Below, piece by piece: positions 26,736-39,266 of a stretch of DNA of 64,000 nucleotides (its first letter is position 1; every line of letters begins with the position of its first letter). Source of the stretch: the human T2T-CHM13v2.0 reference genome, Homo sapiens; assembly GCF_009914755.1 (NCBI RefSeq), contig NC_060926.1, one strand, 5' to 3'. The translations under genes were made by a program, and so were the position numbers. The notes beneath the pieces are model-generated. The model was not told the origin of the DNA. It saw nothing but the letters and a program-made list of their open reading frames with translations, and made no database searches.

Positions 26736-28139
26736 GTGAGTTGATCAGATTTAGTTTCAAAGGAAACAAATGACATATTTTTATACAAAATCTACCAAAA
26801 AAAATCTATTCATTCCGGAGCAATACTTACAGTACAGTTTCTTCTCATTTTCTCTCAAAATTGCCCTCATGCTTTCATATCTTTGCATGTGCTTATATTT
26901 TGTGTGGTTGAGATTTACATCTACTTACATGATTCCATGTTTGGTGTATATATGTACATATAGGCTAGATAGATATTATTTGTGAGGACAACTAATGAAA
27001 GTAAATGGTTACCTTATGTCACTTTGGAATTAGATGCTGAATTTTTTCTGACTCTCTGGGAAAGAAGAAACAGAAACCTTTATTTCTAAAAAAAAAAAAA
27101 AATGCATAAAAAGCCACCTGATTTTAGTTATTTCCATTAGGGACATTCTGTCACACTTTATAAGCTATTGCAGAGGGAGCAAAATAAAACCCACATAAAG
27201 AGTTATTTTCAATATCTATTGAATCAAGTTTTAGTAATAGCTGAGAATATAAAAATAAATCAGGTGATGAAAATTTATCCAGTTTTTATCACGTACCAAT
27301 TATCAGCTGAGTTCTACATATAGATTGCCTGGGCAAGACTCAAAGTATGAGTTTATTACCTATGTTTCAGATTCTTCAGCTGATTTTGGCAAAATATGTC
27401 AAGATTTAAAGTAAGTCTACTTTATCATAAATTATAAAGCTATGAATCATTCAAAAAGTGAATTTTATTTCATGGGCAATATTTGCAAATGTAATCTCTC
27501 TACCTCAGATTTGACATTTTTAATTCTATAAGAAAAGTGAATAATTTAGACCAATTATTCATTCATTCACTCTTTCACTCAAATGATATCATTGAAGGCC
27601 TACTGTATTCTGGATAGATGTCTAGGTGCCAGGATAAAAGACGGAGCAAAAAGTACTGCTCTAATAAACCGTATATTTACGTGAAATATTTTGTTAGGTG
27701 GAGCTATTTTATTAAAGAAGAGATGTTGTAACCCTTGAGATTTATATGTATATGTGTACATGTATATTTATATCTATAATAGATTTCTGTGTACATGCCA
27801 GCATGAAATAAGATTTTTAGAGGCTACAATTTATTGTGAAGAGCAGTGAGAGCTTCCCCGAAAATATTAACAATAAGTATGCTGTGAAAGTATATATTAG
27901 AAAAAGAAATACACAGGTAAGGAGTGTTCATTGGTTGAGAGTTACAGAATCTAAATCTGGCTTTTCTATTTCAAAGAGATACATTACTGGAGGGGACTGG
28001 GATGGCCCTCAGAATTTAATAAACAGGTGGACAACACATTTAAAATCTGGTTAGTTCTGGCAGTCTAGGTAGCAGGAGCTAATTGAAGTGCAGAGACTAA
28101 GACGTGCCCTTTTTCTTCAAAATATTATTGGTACTGTGT

Positions 28140-29225
28140 GACACCCTGACAGATGAAGAAACCATGTTAATGCAGTGTGGTAAGTAGTTGAATCTTAATC
28201 AACACAGAATTCTATGGAAGAACAAAGGAATGATACCATTCTAGGGATTTGCAAGCATTTTTTCTAAAGGAGAAACCCTGGCCAACAACAGTAGCTCAAG
28301 CCTGTAATCTCAGAGCTGTGGGAGGCCAAGGTGGGAGAATTATCCAAAGCCAGGAGTTCCATACCAGCCTAGACAAAATAGCAAGGTTTTCATTTCTACT
28401 AAAAAATTTTTAAAAATTAGCCAGATGTGATGGCATGCACCTGTGTTCCCAGCTGAAGTGAGAGGATTGTTAATGAGAGAGGATTGCTTGAGCTCGGGAG
28501 TTGAAGACTGCAATGAGCTATGATCCAGGCCCCTGAACTCCAGCTTAGGCAACAGAGTGAGATCCTTACCTCTTAAAACAAGGGAGAGAGAGAAAAAGAG
28601 AGAGAGAGAGAGCATCTGAGTCAAGCCTGAACAGTTAACAAGTGTTACGCATGAGAAGAAATTAGGAAGGAAAAATCTAAGCAGATGTAACAATTTGCAA
28701 AAACCCACAAGTGTGTCCCTAGGGAACCAAAGTCTCCTTGATATAATTGGGCCATAAAATTTGAGACAAAGGAAGGTAGCAAGAAGCGAGGGATAGTGAC
28801 CTCTATCAATGATTTGGAATTTCAATTATTTTCCTACCATTTAATAGGAAAACTAATAGAAGTTTTCAAGTAAGGGAGTGACAAGATTGGATCTTCCATA
28901 TGAACAGATTGTTTTTGTGACAGCAGGAACCTGGGGTCTAAGAGTGGAAAGAAACGGTGAGCGGCTGTAAGGCTTCTTCTATGTTCTATCAAGAGATAAT
29001 GAGCAATGGAACTAGGGTTAAAGCAGTAAAAAGGAGGAAAGACTCTAAAATTGATGAGACAATGAAATATATAGGTCTTAGTGGCTAAGCAGATGGGGTG
29101 AATGATAAGAAGTCAAGGATGATTCTGTGTCTTCTGGTTTGGGTCACTAGTAAGTAGTGGTGGCAGACATAGTGAGCAAGCATTAACAAGGAGCAGTGGG
29201 TTTCAGGGAAGAGAAGACTAGATTA
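28140..29225 (-). mobile_element. L2 relic (interrupted by AluJ)
   Basis: GTTTTCAAGTAAGGGAGTGACAAGATTGGAT.., AAGAAGTCAAGGATGATTCTG..TTCTGGTTTGGGTCACT; purine-rich antisense L2 pattern. Confidence 0.7.
28280..28610 (+). mobile_element. AluJ (diverged)
   Basis: Dimer with J-type GAGGATTGCTTGAGC..GACTGCAATGAGCTATGATC; tail decayed to (GA)n. Confidence 0.9.
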
Positions 29226-29726
29226 GCAGCAATGCGGGCATTGAACCACGTACTGACGTGCTCCCTTGGTGATAAAAGGTGGTCTGTAACGTCGATGAAG
29301 TTTTCAGTCAACTGAGGGTATACTCAATGTAGACCATGCTTATTGTGCTGCTCCGTCCCGAATTAAGATGACTTGGGTCTCTGTCCTATTGAAAAGGCTT
29401 CATACATTTATAAGGAAATTTTAAGGAGAGAAATTAGAGACCGTTTCCTGACAAATACGGTAATTTTCTTAACTAAAGAATAAAAATCTATGTATTCGGT
29501 CTGAGAGTAAACTGTTTGTAGGGGTTGTGGAGAGCAGAACAAACGGGTAATACAAACTTTTGTGATGATGCTGTAGGTCTGACGCATTCCAAAGGGGAAA
29601 GGAAAAAGTATAGTTTTTGCCATACTTTGGGCTCCTATGTTGCCGTTAACTAGGAAATGCTGTACGTGTATGTGATTTAATCATCACAATGTTTGTGCAT
29701 CTAATCATTTATGAAGAAACTAAGAC

Positions 29727-30330
29727 GCACCCAGTGCTGTGGCTCATGCCAGCAATCCTAGCACTTTGAGGGGGCGAGGTGGGCAGATCACTTGAGCCCA
29801 GGATTTCAAGACCAGCCTGGGCAATATGGCAAAATCCTGTCTCTACTAAAAATACAAAAAAAGGCTGGGTGTGGTGGCTCATACCTGTAATCCCAGCATT
29901 TTGGGAGGCCAAGGCCGGTGGATCATGAGGTCAGGAGATTGAGACCATCCTGGCCAACATGGTGAAACCCCGTCTCTACTAAAAATACAAAAATTAGCTG
30001 GGCATGCTGGTGCGTACCTGTAATCCCAGCTACTCGGGAGGCTGAGGCAGGAAAATCGCTTGAACCAGGGAGTTGGAGGTTGCAGAGCCAAGATCATGCC
30101 ACTGCACTCCAGCCTGGTGACAGAGCAAGACTCTGTCTCAAAAAAAAAAAAAATTTAACTGGGTGGGGTGGTGGGGTAGCACATACCTGTGTTCCCCCCT
30201 ACTCTGGAAGCTGAGGTGGGAGGATCACCTAAGCCAGGAAGTTGAGGCTGCAGTGAGCCAAGATCATGCCACTGCACTCCAGCCTGGGCAACAGAAGCGA
30301 GACCCTGTCTCAAAAGAAAAAATTTAAAAA
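29727..30330 (+). mobile_element. AluJb split by a nested AluSc
   Basis: Left arm 29727-29862 and right arm 30154-30330; TSD AAGAAACTAAGAC / AAGAAACCAAGAC; inserted into an antisense MIR that resumes at ~30331. Confidence 0.9.
29863..30153 (+). mobile_element. AluSc nested in the A-rich linker of AluJb
   Basis: GGATCATGAGGTCAGGAGATTGAGACCATCCTGGCCAAC and CCTGGTGACAGAG (Sc deletion) diagnostics. Confidence 0.92.
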
Positions 30331-30450
30331 AGAAACCAAGACTCAGAGAGGATCAGTGATTTAGACATGGCCTCAGAGCTAATGAGTGGGAGAGCCAACA
30401 TTTGAATGTGTGTCTTTTGTTCCTAAAGCCAGGGCTTAGTCACTAGTCTA
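30331..30450 (-). mobile_element. MIR (continuation)
   Basis: GAAACCAAGACTCAGAGAGG..GTGATTT..CAGAGCTAATGAGTGG..GAGCC..ATTTGAA. Confidence 0.7.
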
Positions 30451-33153
30451 CTCTACTTGTTATAGGGGGATGTCCTTCACTGTTCCCCAAGACACAACAC
30501 ACGTTTTGGGACCTAAATTGTCAGACTTCAGTGATCTGTTTCCTCAGCCAAAGACTCATCCTACTGTCCATGGACTTACTCTAATCCTCACTGCATTTCC
30601 AGGAGGAACCCTACCCATGACTTCAATGTTAAGGTTTGGCAGAGGGATGTAAGCTATTCAGATGTTTTTGATTTTCCCTCACTATTTTGACTGCTACCCC
30701 CAACCTCTGCTTCAAGAGTCCTACATGCACCTTACCCTCCCACTATCACCTTGCTTGTGGAATGTGCCAGGAGCTCCCAAGCTCCAGACCTTTTTTTTCC
30801 CCTTTAATGCACTCACTGAAACACAATGATATTGCCTAGGGAATGCATGTAATTTCAACGTTATGTGTGTGATACTCTGGTGTGGAGATTTCCTTTTTAT
30901 TACTTTACAGGAGTCAATTACAATCTAAATTAGCATGTATGGGAGACACAGAAAGTAACATGTAACATTTCAACTTTTTTAAAATTGAAATTTACCTTTT
31001 GTAAATGTCATAGAAAAAAAAGATGAGAGAAAGAGTGACATAAAAGACAATAAAATATTTTTACAGTAAGCTTTACAGGCATGTCTTAATCTTTTAAGAC
31101 CAGGCCAATCTGTAAGAGTGGCTGCTGCCCCCAACTAGTCACTAAATAGAGTCCTTAAAAGTGTCAGTTTTAAGAATCTTTGTCTCTATTTTTAGTATTG
31201 TTTAGTTCCTAAAGAAAGTAAAGCAATATAAAGTATAATGCATTTTAAACAGCGAAGTCAGAAAAATAAGAAAATGCTCAAAAAGGAAGATTATTTAAAA
31301 TGTAATTCGCACAAAACACGTATAATGTTATTCACTTAAATTGCTGTATTTAACCTAGCAATGTAATTAAATACGATATCAGATCAAAGTTTTACTTTAA
31401 AAACTTTTAAAATGTTACTAAAAAGAAAGTTTACAGCTACCCACTTCACAGCTTTGAAAATTTCCATAAAGCATTTAATCTATTAAATAGGAAAAAAAAT
31501 GACTCACTTTCAAATATTTAAGCATATAGAATAATGGAACTAATATGCTTAAGTGATTTACAGATATATTTTAGAACCTTGTATATTTAAGGGATTATTC
31601 CTTAAAGTTTAATCCAACAGCTGTGGAGCAAATATACCTGCCAGGCATTATCTAAGAGCAATACGATGAGAAATACGGGTTTCCATGTCTTGGGTATTTC
31701 CAACTTAGTGTAGTGATAAACAATAAACAACTATTGTATTGGGAACCATTTGGAGCATAGTAAATATAAATATAAATAGGATTTATTTCACATACTAAAT
31801 AGAATTATAAGTAGAACTAAGTTTGATAGGATGGAGGAATGTCAGGTGCTTCATAGATGACATGGGCCTTGTGTTGGTATTCAAGAATGACAAGAATGAA
31901 AAGGTGCGGAAAAATTCACGAGATAAGCAATATTCTTATCAGCAGATTCTGATTGTTACACTTTTTTTGTTGAAATAAAACAGGGCAAAATGCCTATTTT
32001 CACTTTCATGTTTGTTTCACATTAATGTTTCACATTAATGTCTTTTGGCGACATGAAATTGCATTCATTTCATCATTGATTCAACAAATATTTATTGAGC
32101 ACTTGCTCAGTGTCATCTATGGGGCTGCAGCATGGGAGTCACAGGAAGGCAGGGTTATCAGTAGTGCTGAGTCTCCAGAGGTCAAACAAGGGAAGGATTC
32201 CAAAGCTTTTGTTGGATTTGCTCATAGATCATCGATGGCCTTGACAGGAGTAAAATCAGTTAATTGGTGGGGCCAAATCCAAGACTGCAGTGGATGGACA
32301 TGTAAATGGGGAGTGAGAAAGTTATGAATAGAGACTATTCTTTCAAGGAATTTGACAGTGAAATGCAGAAAATTGAAAAAAAAAAAAAATCAACCACAGG
32401 CCTGCAGAGCTGCAAGTAGCATCCTCAGGAAATCCTACTGGTCTGAACTGACACACTAAAAATGGAAAAAATCAGCTTGCTTTTTACAATAACACATTAA
32501 TCTAAACACAATCGTTGTATCTCAGTATTGTGGAAGTGCTTTGTGTTGTGGCTATGTTTTTAAGTGCCTGTGATATAAAACCACATGTGCTGAAAACTCC
32601 ATCTGCTCTGCAGTGAGATTTTCTAAATCAGAGTAATAAAAACGATGAAGAGCCAAACCTACACTAAATTGGAATGAAATGCCATTTGTAAAAATAAATT
32701 CTTTGTAAATAATATAATATAATTAACATTGGAAGTTTCAATCCATGAGTAAATGTGCCCATTAGTTGCAGTTAAAGAAGCTTGTGCCTTATCCAGGATG
32801 ACTGTTAAGCAAATGCATATTAAAGATTATTTTATTTACCACCTTCCCATTCCAGGTAGCTTTATCTTTCCATCTGAAGAAAGTCACAAGGCTCTCTATA
32901 TGATTATTTTGGTACATTAGCATTTTTATGGGGAAGAACATTAATCATATGTCACTCTAAAATAAATGAGAGTAGGCGATGCCTCATTTCTCTTGAAAAG
33001 CGTACTCAAATTTGGGTCAGGTTTATTCTTGGGAAGTACTGGACACACATATTTCAGCACCTACGACAGAACCTGTTTCTTAGAAATCTAGAGTATTGAT
33101 TTTAGCCAACGGGGTATCTTTGTATCTTCAAATCTCATAGAACTTAGAGTTTA

Positions 33154-33462
<309 letters not shown>

Positions 33463-34301
33463 TTAGAGTTTACACTCAATTGGCCCTTAGCATGCATATA
33501 TATACACACACACGTATATGTATATTTTTTTCTCAATGTGTCATGTGTATAACTCATGTCTCCTTAACTAAATTGTAAGTTAGTTGCATAAATCAGTGTC
33601 AATATCACAACTGAAGAAAGGTGGCACGTTCAAAAGGGAGTAATTCAAGGAGTTTAAGCTATGAAGGGGCCCCTTATCATGAACAAGGTAAATGCCACAA
33701 CCGTGGCTTGTAATGATTTAGCCATTAACAGCCAAAGGGGGAAGGGGACACAGCAGTCACCTGAAACTAGGAGAGAATGCTATACAATTTTTACAGAAAT
33801 AGAAGCAGTGGCTTTTGGTTGGGCGAAGCCAAACTCACATAATTTGGATGCATGGGAGATAAGAAAATAAATTCCACGCACCCACTTCCTCCCTTCATTT
33901 GATTCGCCAGGGTTTCATAGTGGTCATACCCAAGAAAAAGTCAAAGAACATAAGAATATTCTTATTATTCAAATTAAAAGCTAGTGTCCCAGGAAAAGAA
34001 GTACATAAAATCTCATCTGCTATTGTTTCATTGCAGGATGGTATTAGTCCTGTTATATATCTGAAATCTGTAAACATAGCCACCACTTGTATTTTTCATA
34101 GAAGGTTGTGGAGAAATGCCCCCATTAATAATAATAATAAAAACTTATTATGTGATCTTAGTTAGTAATTACAGTTGCCTTCTTCCAATGTTCATTTCTT
34201 TTACTTTTACTTTCTGTCAGGATGCTACAGAGGTTATTTAACAGGTGGATCAGGCCAAAATTTCATTCCTGCCAAATGTTACTCCTTTCCATCCTTTTCT
34301 A

Positions 34302-34608
<307 letters not shown>

Positions 34609-34749
34609 CCCATCCTTTTGTTAATTATGTTGTTACAATTTCAGTTTTCCATCGACCAGTACTATTGGGCAAAAATGTATTTGTGACTCTCCTGAGTTCC
34701 AAATGTATTTCTCCTTGCCCTCCTTTGCACAGCAAACATATTTTTATTT

Positions 34750-37560
34750 CTGGCAGATGAGGACCATCATCAGACCCAGCTTAGTAACTGTGTTTTGTCT
34801 TTTTTTGGGGGAGTTGCATAATGAGCCCACAATGGTGGGGAGAAAATTTCCGTTTCCAATTCAGAGGAATAGAATTATGACTATATTCCTGGTGGATACC
34901 CTCGTCCTTTAGGCAATGGACTTCTAAACTCACCAACTTCAATATTATGGGAATAAGAAGCAAATTGTGTTCTGTGGGTTATTGCTGTGATAATAAAAGA
35001 TAACACTACTACTTCTACCCCTTAGTGCCTAGATCTGTACCTCATGGCTATACAGGTGGGGCACACTGCATGTTAAAGGATGACATCCCGGCTTCAAGGT
35101 TATTGCTAAACAAATAGTGCCAAAACTGAGGTAGAGCAGACTATTTTACTCCTCTATCAATCCAAGTACATATAGCTAGTGGGGAACATGATAAAATTAG
35201 TAAATACCACCACTGAGCCCATGGTGCTTTTTTGCCACAAAATATTTCCTTTTTTGAGATAAGGTAATGTGGATTATTATGGTAATGGATAAATGTTTCT
35301 GTAAAGAGTAGTGCTGAACAGATCCATTGGCAGCAAAAGCAAATCCATGCCCAGAATATGTGTGTATCTCTGTGATGACAAAATGCTACACTGTCTTGAT
35401 GGAAAGGTTTTCATATAATTCATGTGCCTTCCTCATTACATTATCTCAAAAAAGGAAATATTTTGTGGCAAAAAATTCACGTGCCATCAGCTCTTCCCCT
35501 GAGAAGTGATCCTATGTCAAAGGCTCAGCGATGGCCACTACCATTGGCAGGTAATGGTGGGAGCCAGAGGCTGACGGACATGTACTTGGCAGTCATCTTG
35601 TCCTAAATTTTTCCCCTTTCTAGTAAGTCGATTCACTTGTTTTTCCTAAACCTCCCTGTCACTAGTTTTCTAATTTTACTTTTGCCACATCCCTGATAGG
35701 TGGACCCTTATTAGTTACTGCACTTGAGTCAGGATGTTTCCATGCCTGAAACTAAGTCTCCTACCACGAACAGTGGACAACGAAGTATTCTGTTCAAAAT
35801 CTTACCAACTGGGAAGATTTCTGTTTCTTATTGTCTTTCAGTGCCACTCCTGAGTCAGATTCTAGTATGGAGCCTACCCAATTCCAGCTCGTTGTTGTAC
35901 ATCCTGCAGACCTGCCATAAACCAGGCCCGCGTTTATTTCTCCCTTGCCAACTTGTGTTAGAAAACATGCTTTGTGGCACAGATGTGAGATGAGGAGAGG
36001 GGATGAAGCAGAGAAGGCAATACAATGGGCAATCACATTTGTTTTCTGGCTCAATTTCACTTTTATTTTATAGTGGAATGGTGTGTGTGTGTTCAGTTCT
36101 ATGGTCAGTGGATCAGATAGCCATCAGTTCATGATGGGCAGTTTGGGTTGCATACTCACTTGGTATCCCATGGTGAGGCTAAATGTTTCTCCTGGAGCCC
36201 TGGAAAGAGCTGCCCTTGAAATAGATAATATTTTTCAGTACAAGCGACAATGATCTTTTTTCAAATCTTGTAATGCCTGTCCTATGATTGTCATATGGAG
36301 AGTCCCAAAGGCTCCACACAGCATCTCTATTTGCCATGGGCACTGACATTGCCATTGGATCTGCTGGAGTCACAAGGTTCAGGACATAGAGGAGGTTGCA
36401 ACATGGCCTAGATCAGTTGCAAGGCCCCCTGGTACACTGATTCTACTCAGAACTAGCAGTTTTACAGCTTGCCTGGGATATAGAACAGAGAACATATGTC
36501 AATGCGGCTTGTGTTGTTTTCAAAGTCCAAAGAATTCAATTCCTCTTTACTTTTACATAAGTACAATTGTAACAAATTTTCTCTGACTTTAGAAGAGATA
36601 TCCCGGTGTATCCCAAACTACTAGATTTCTAGAAACATCCCCGGTGTTGCACACTTTTAAATTTTAAAGAAATTTGTCTCCCTTTCTCTACCTCTATGCA
36701 GAGGAGTTCTAGTTCCCTAGGATAGCGGTTGCCTCTGTCAGCGAGAAGATTTGTCAGAATTTTGATGTTCAATATCTTCAGCCATAAAATTAACCACATA
36801 CAGCAGCATTCAACCATAATGTGTTATTTATAAGATTGGCCAAGAAATCATAACTATACTGTATGCTTTTGTCCAAACATTCTTATCCTGTGTGTTGGGG
36901 TCCCAATCCATCGTTATGAATATCTTTGTCTTACCCTAAAAGAGCAAATGGAGTTGAGCCTCTAATATGTATTGCAGCCGTGTACCCGTTCCTATGTTCT
37001 CTTGGACTGTGGCCATAGTTTCCCTGCAACTACAGAAGAGATGGACTCTTCCAAAGATACCATCGTGACCTTTGGTTTTGCATGGGCATTCCTGATTTCA
37101 CAATCATGGTTTCAAGCTTTCTTTTTTCCTGTGTACTATCTGTGGGGTGTCAGAAGAACCATGCGAACTTGTTTCCTAATCTTTACATCATCATTGTTGT
37201 AGCAAGTAAGTGCTACAACACTTACTTGCTATAACTAGAGATGCTGTGTGGAGCCTTTGCCACTCTCCATATGACAATCATAGGACAGGCATTACAAGAT
37301 TTGAAAAAAGACCATTGTCACTTGTATTGAAAAATATTACCTATTTCAACAAGCATTTGTTCTCCCAATGCCTTTTCCCTCTACCTGTATTTTATTCCAT
37401 GTCACCACCACTGATGATTGATTACTCACAGTTCCGTCTCTTGCTATGGATTGTCTATGCTCCAATTCCCACTTGAGAAGGTGATAAATTCCATTTGTAT
37501 ATATAGATAGAGAGATGACAAATGTAGTCTCAACATCTAATTTTGAGGGTCTCTTCTGAG
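34750..37560 (-). mobile_element. ERVL-class internal (pol/integrase/dUTPase) relic
   Basis: Minus-strand ORF 36179-36373 PADPMAMSVPMANRDAVWSLW resembles ERVL pol (recalled DPADPMVLEVSVADRDAVWSLWQ); 34760-35030 resembles the ERVL integrase/dUTPase region; heavily disrupted. Confidence 0.8.
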
Positions 37561-37581
37561 TCTGCTGCTATTATTAACTTC

Positions 37582-38070
37582 TGTATCTGTCAGAGTCCCA
37601 AGTGTTGGCACATTCAACAAGATGCTTTGAAGATAATTGATTTACAAAGTGAACATTTTATTGTCTTTTTATTTACAAGGAGAACATTTGCTGAGGTTAA
37701 GGGTTAGGAAAACCACAAAGGAAAGTGATGTAAACTAAGCTAGTAGCAGCCAAGTTGTTAGCACTCCTATGACCATGAAGATGAGCCATTACTAGACACA
37801 TAAGGAGAAATTTGTGTAGAGGTGGCTGCAGTGACAGAAGTAGTGACATCATTTAAAGTTCACAGCCAGCCTGAGGTAACATTGTAGGATAGAGCCAAGA
37901 GAATAAATAACCTGACTTTACTCTCCTCTTTCTAATCTCCTGCCAAAGGGAAGCCAGAGGACATGGGGGCCATTTTGATGTCGTTCATATAGGTTAGCTT
38001 TCTGGACCAGAAAGCGGGAATCAAAAAAGTGGATAGTGGATCTTGAATTAAATGAAAGATACCCAGTATA
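37582..38070 (-). mobile_element. LTR33/LTR41-like ERVL LTR (likely 5' LTR of the adjacent internal relic)
   Basis: Reverse complement TATACTGGGTATCTTTCATT..AGATCCACTATCCAC..CCTCTGGCTTCC..GGCAGGAGATTAGAAAGAGGAGAGT..GGTTATTTATTC resembles LTR33/41. Confidence 0.7.
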
Positions 38071-38515
38071 CTTCTTATTCCATTTTCTTAGAGCTTAAAA
38101 TAGTTTGATGAATCTAGTGGGCCCTCAGTTTGGTTGATGATGGTAGAATGCAAATATGATTACATGCAAATGTGAATGAATCATGACATGGATATGGTTT
38201 TAGGCCACATCTCACTCTTCAATCACCGTTCTCATTCTGATTACTCCAGTAGTGCTTTCATCTGTTCTGTCTACATTGCTGAAAATCCATGAAATCCTGA
38301 CTTAGGTGCTTCATTGTTTCCTTCCTCTACAGCTGCTTGCTCTTCCTGGAATTAAAAGGGTGACTCAGAATTAGAGAATTTTCAGGGAAGTTAATAAAAT
38401 TCAATACACAGTCTAGAAAATATAGGTGTACAATGGAGATTTCAAGGACAGATGTTTGTGGGTCACTGAGCCCACATCTCTACAGTTGGTCTCAAATAAC
38501 ACTCATTTATTCTAG

Positions 38516-38670
38516 AGGAACTCCTGCATTCTCACATCGCCCACTGGTGGTCACCAGATGGAGAAAGACTTGCCTTCCTGATGATAAATGACTCTTTGGT
38601 ACCCACCATGGTTATCCCTCGGTTTACTGGAGCGTTGTATCCCAAAGGAAAGCAGTATCCGTATCCTAAG
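38516..38670 (+). CDS. DPP10: DPP10 coding exon (probably exon 9), 155 nt: (E)[51 protein letters not shown]
   Basis: Acceptor CATTTATTCTAG|AG, donor AAG|GTAAGT; phase 1 joins the previous exon; DPP4-family WWSPDG and YPYPK motifs. Confidence 0.97.
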
Positions 38671-39148
38671 GTAAGTAACGTGGAAGTACTATTTTGTTCC
38701 TTCTCTCTCTCTGCACTAGTGACTTGACGGATGGTATTCTTGGTTCTTGAACAAGTTGTCTTTGGAGGAAAACAGAAGTTTTCCTTACTTGTCAGACTCA
38801 TCACTTTCGATCTCCCAGTAGTCTATACACAGTGCTTGGGTAGAGAGAGGTAGAGATGATTTGAAAGTGTGTGAACTTTCACTTTTGTTGCATTTCTTTC
38901 CTTTTGATGCTCACTTTTATTTTTTCACACCTTACAGTTGAAAGGGGAGAGAGAAGCAATTGGGGGTGTACTGAGGCCAGGGCAATGTTTTGTCCAAGGC
39001 CTATTCCATAATAGGTGTTACAAAGGAGGGGAAAGTGCCATGGTCAAATACATTGGAAGTTCTTAAAAAAAAATCTAGCTTCTTTCAGATGATTTCTTAG
39101 AGCACTTAATGTGCTATATGTTAATGTATATTATAAATCTTCTATAAA

Positions 39149-39266
39149 AAATAGACTATGCATAAAGAATCTCCAGTCTGAAATAGATTAAGCATAAAGA
39201 ATCTCAATAAAGAAAGGACCAAGTATAAAAAAATCACCCATAAAGAATAGACTAAGCAGAAAGCAT
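39149..39266. repeat. Degenerate ~32-bp minisatellite, ~3.6 copies
   Basis: AAATAGACTATGCATAAAGAATCTCCAGTCTG / AAATAGATTAAGCATAAAGAATCTCAATAAAG / AAAGGACCAAGTATAAAAAAATCACCCATAAAG / AATAGACTAAGCAGAAAGCAT. Confidence 0.75.

Noticed and set aside
26576-26773. 65-aa ORF as a standalone gene
   Set aside because: It is the DPP10 exon 26615-26735 plus in-frame intronic flanks
28340-28825. Longest ORF in the track (161 aa, minus strand)
   Set aside because: Reads through antisense AluJ and L2 sequence; no gene-like features
29561-29582. TGATGA..CTGA box C/D-like motifs, and GTCGATGAAG (5.8S-like) at ~29291
   Set aside because: Spacing too short for a snoRNA, no terminal stem, and only a 10-nt rRNA match
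33590-33900. Possible 3' LTR partner of the ERVL relic
   Set aside because: Only faint LTR33-like resemblance and no clear identity to the LTR at 37582-38070; cannot support a full provirus call
36179-37476. Two ORFs sharing a peptide on opposite strands as a paralogous gene pair
   Set aside because: Explained by an inverted duplication of decayed ERVL pol sequence; not intact genes
39149-39266. ~32-bp periodic repeats as a CRISPR-like array
   Set aside because: Head-to-tail tandem units without unique spacers, in a mammalian intron with no cas genes
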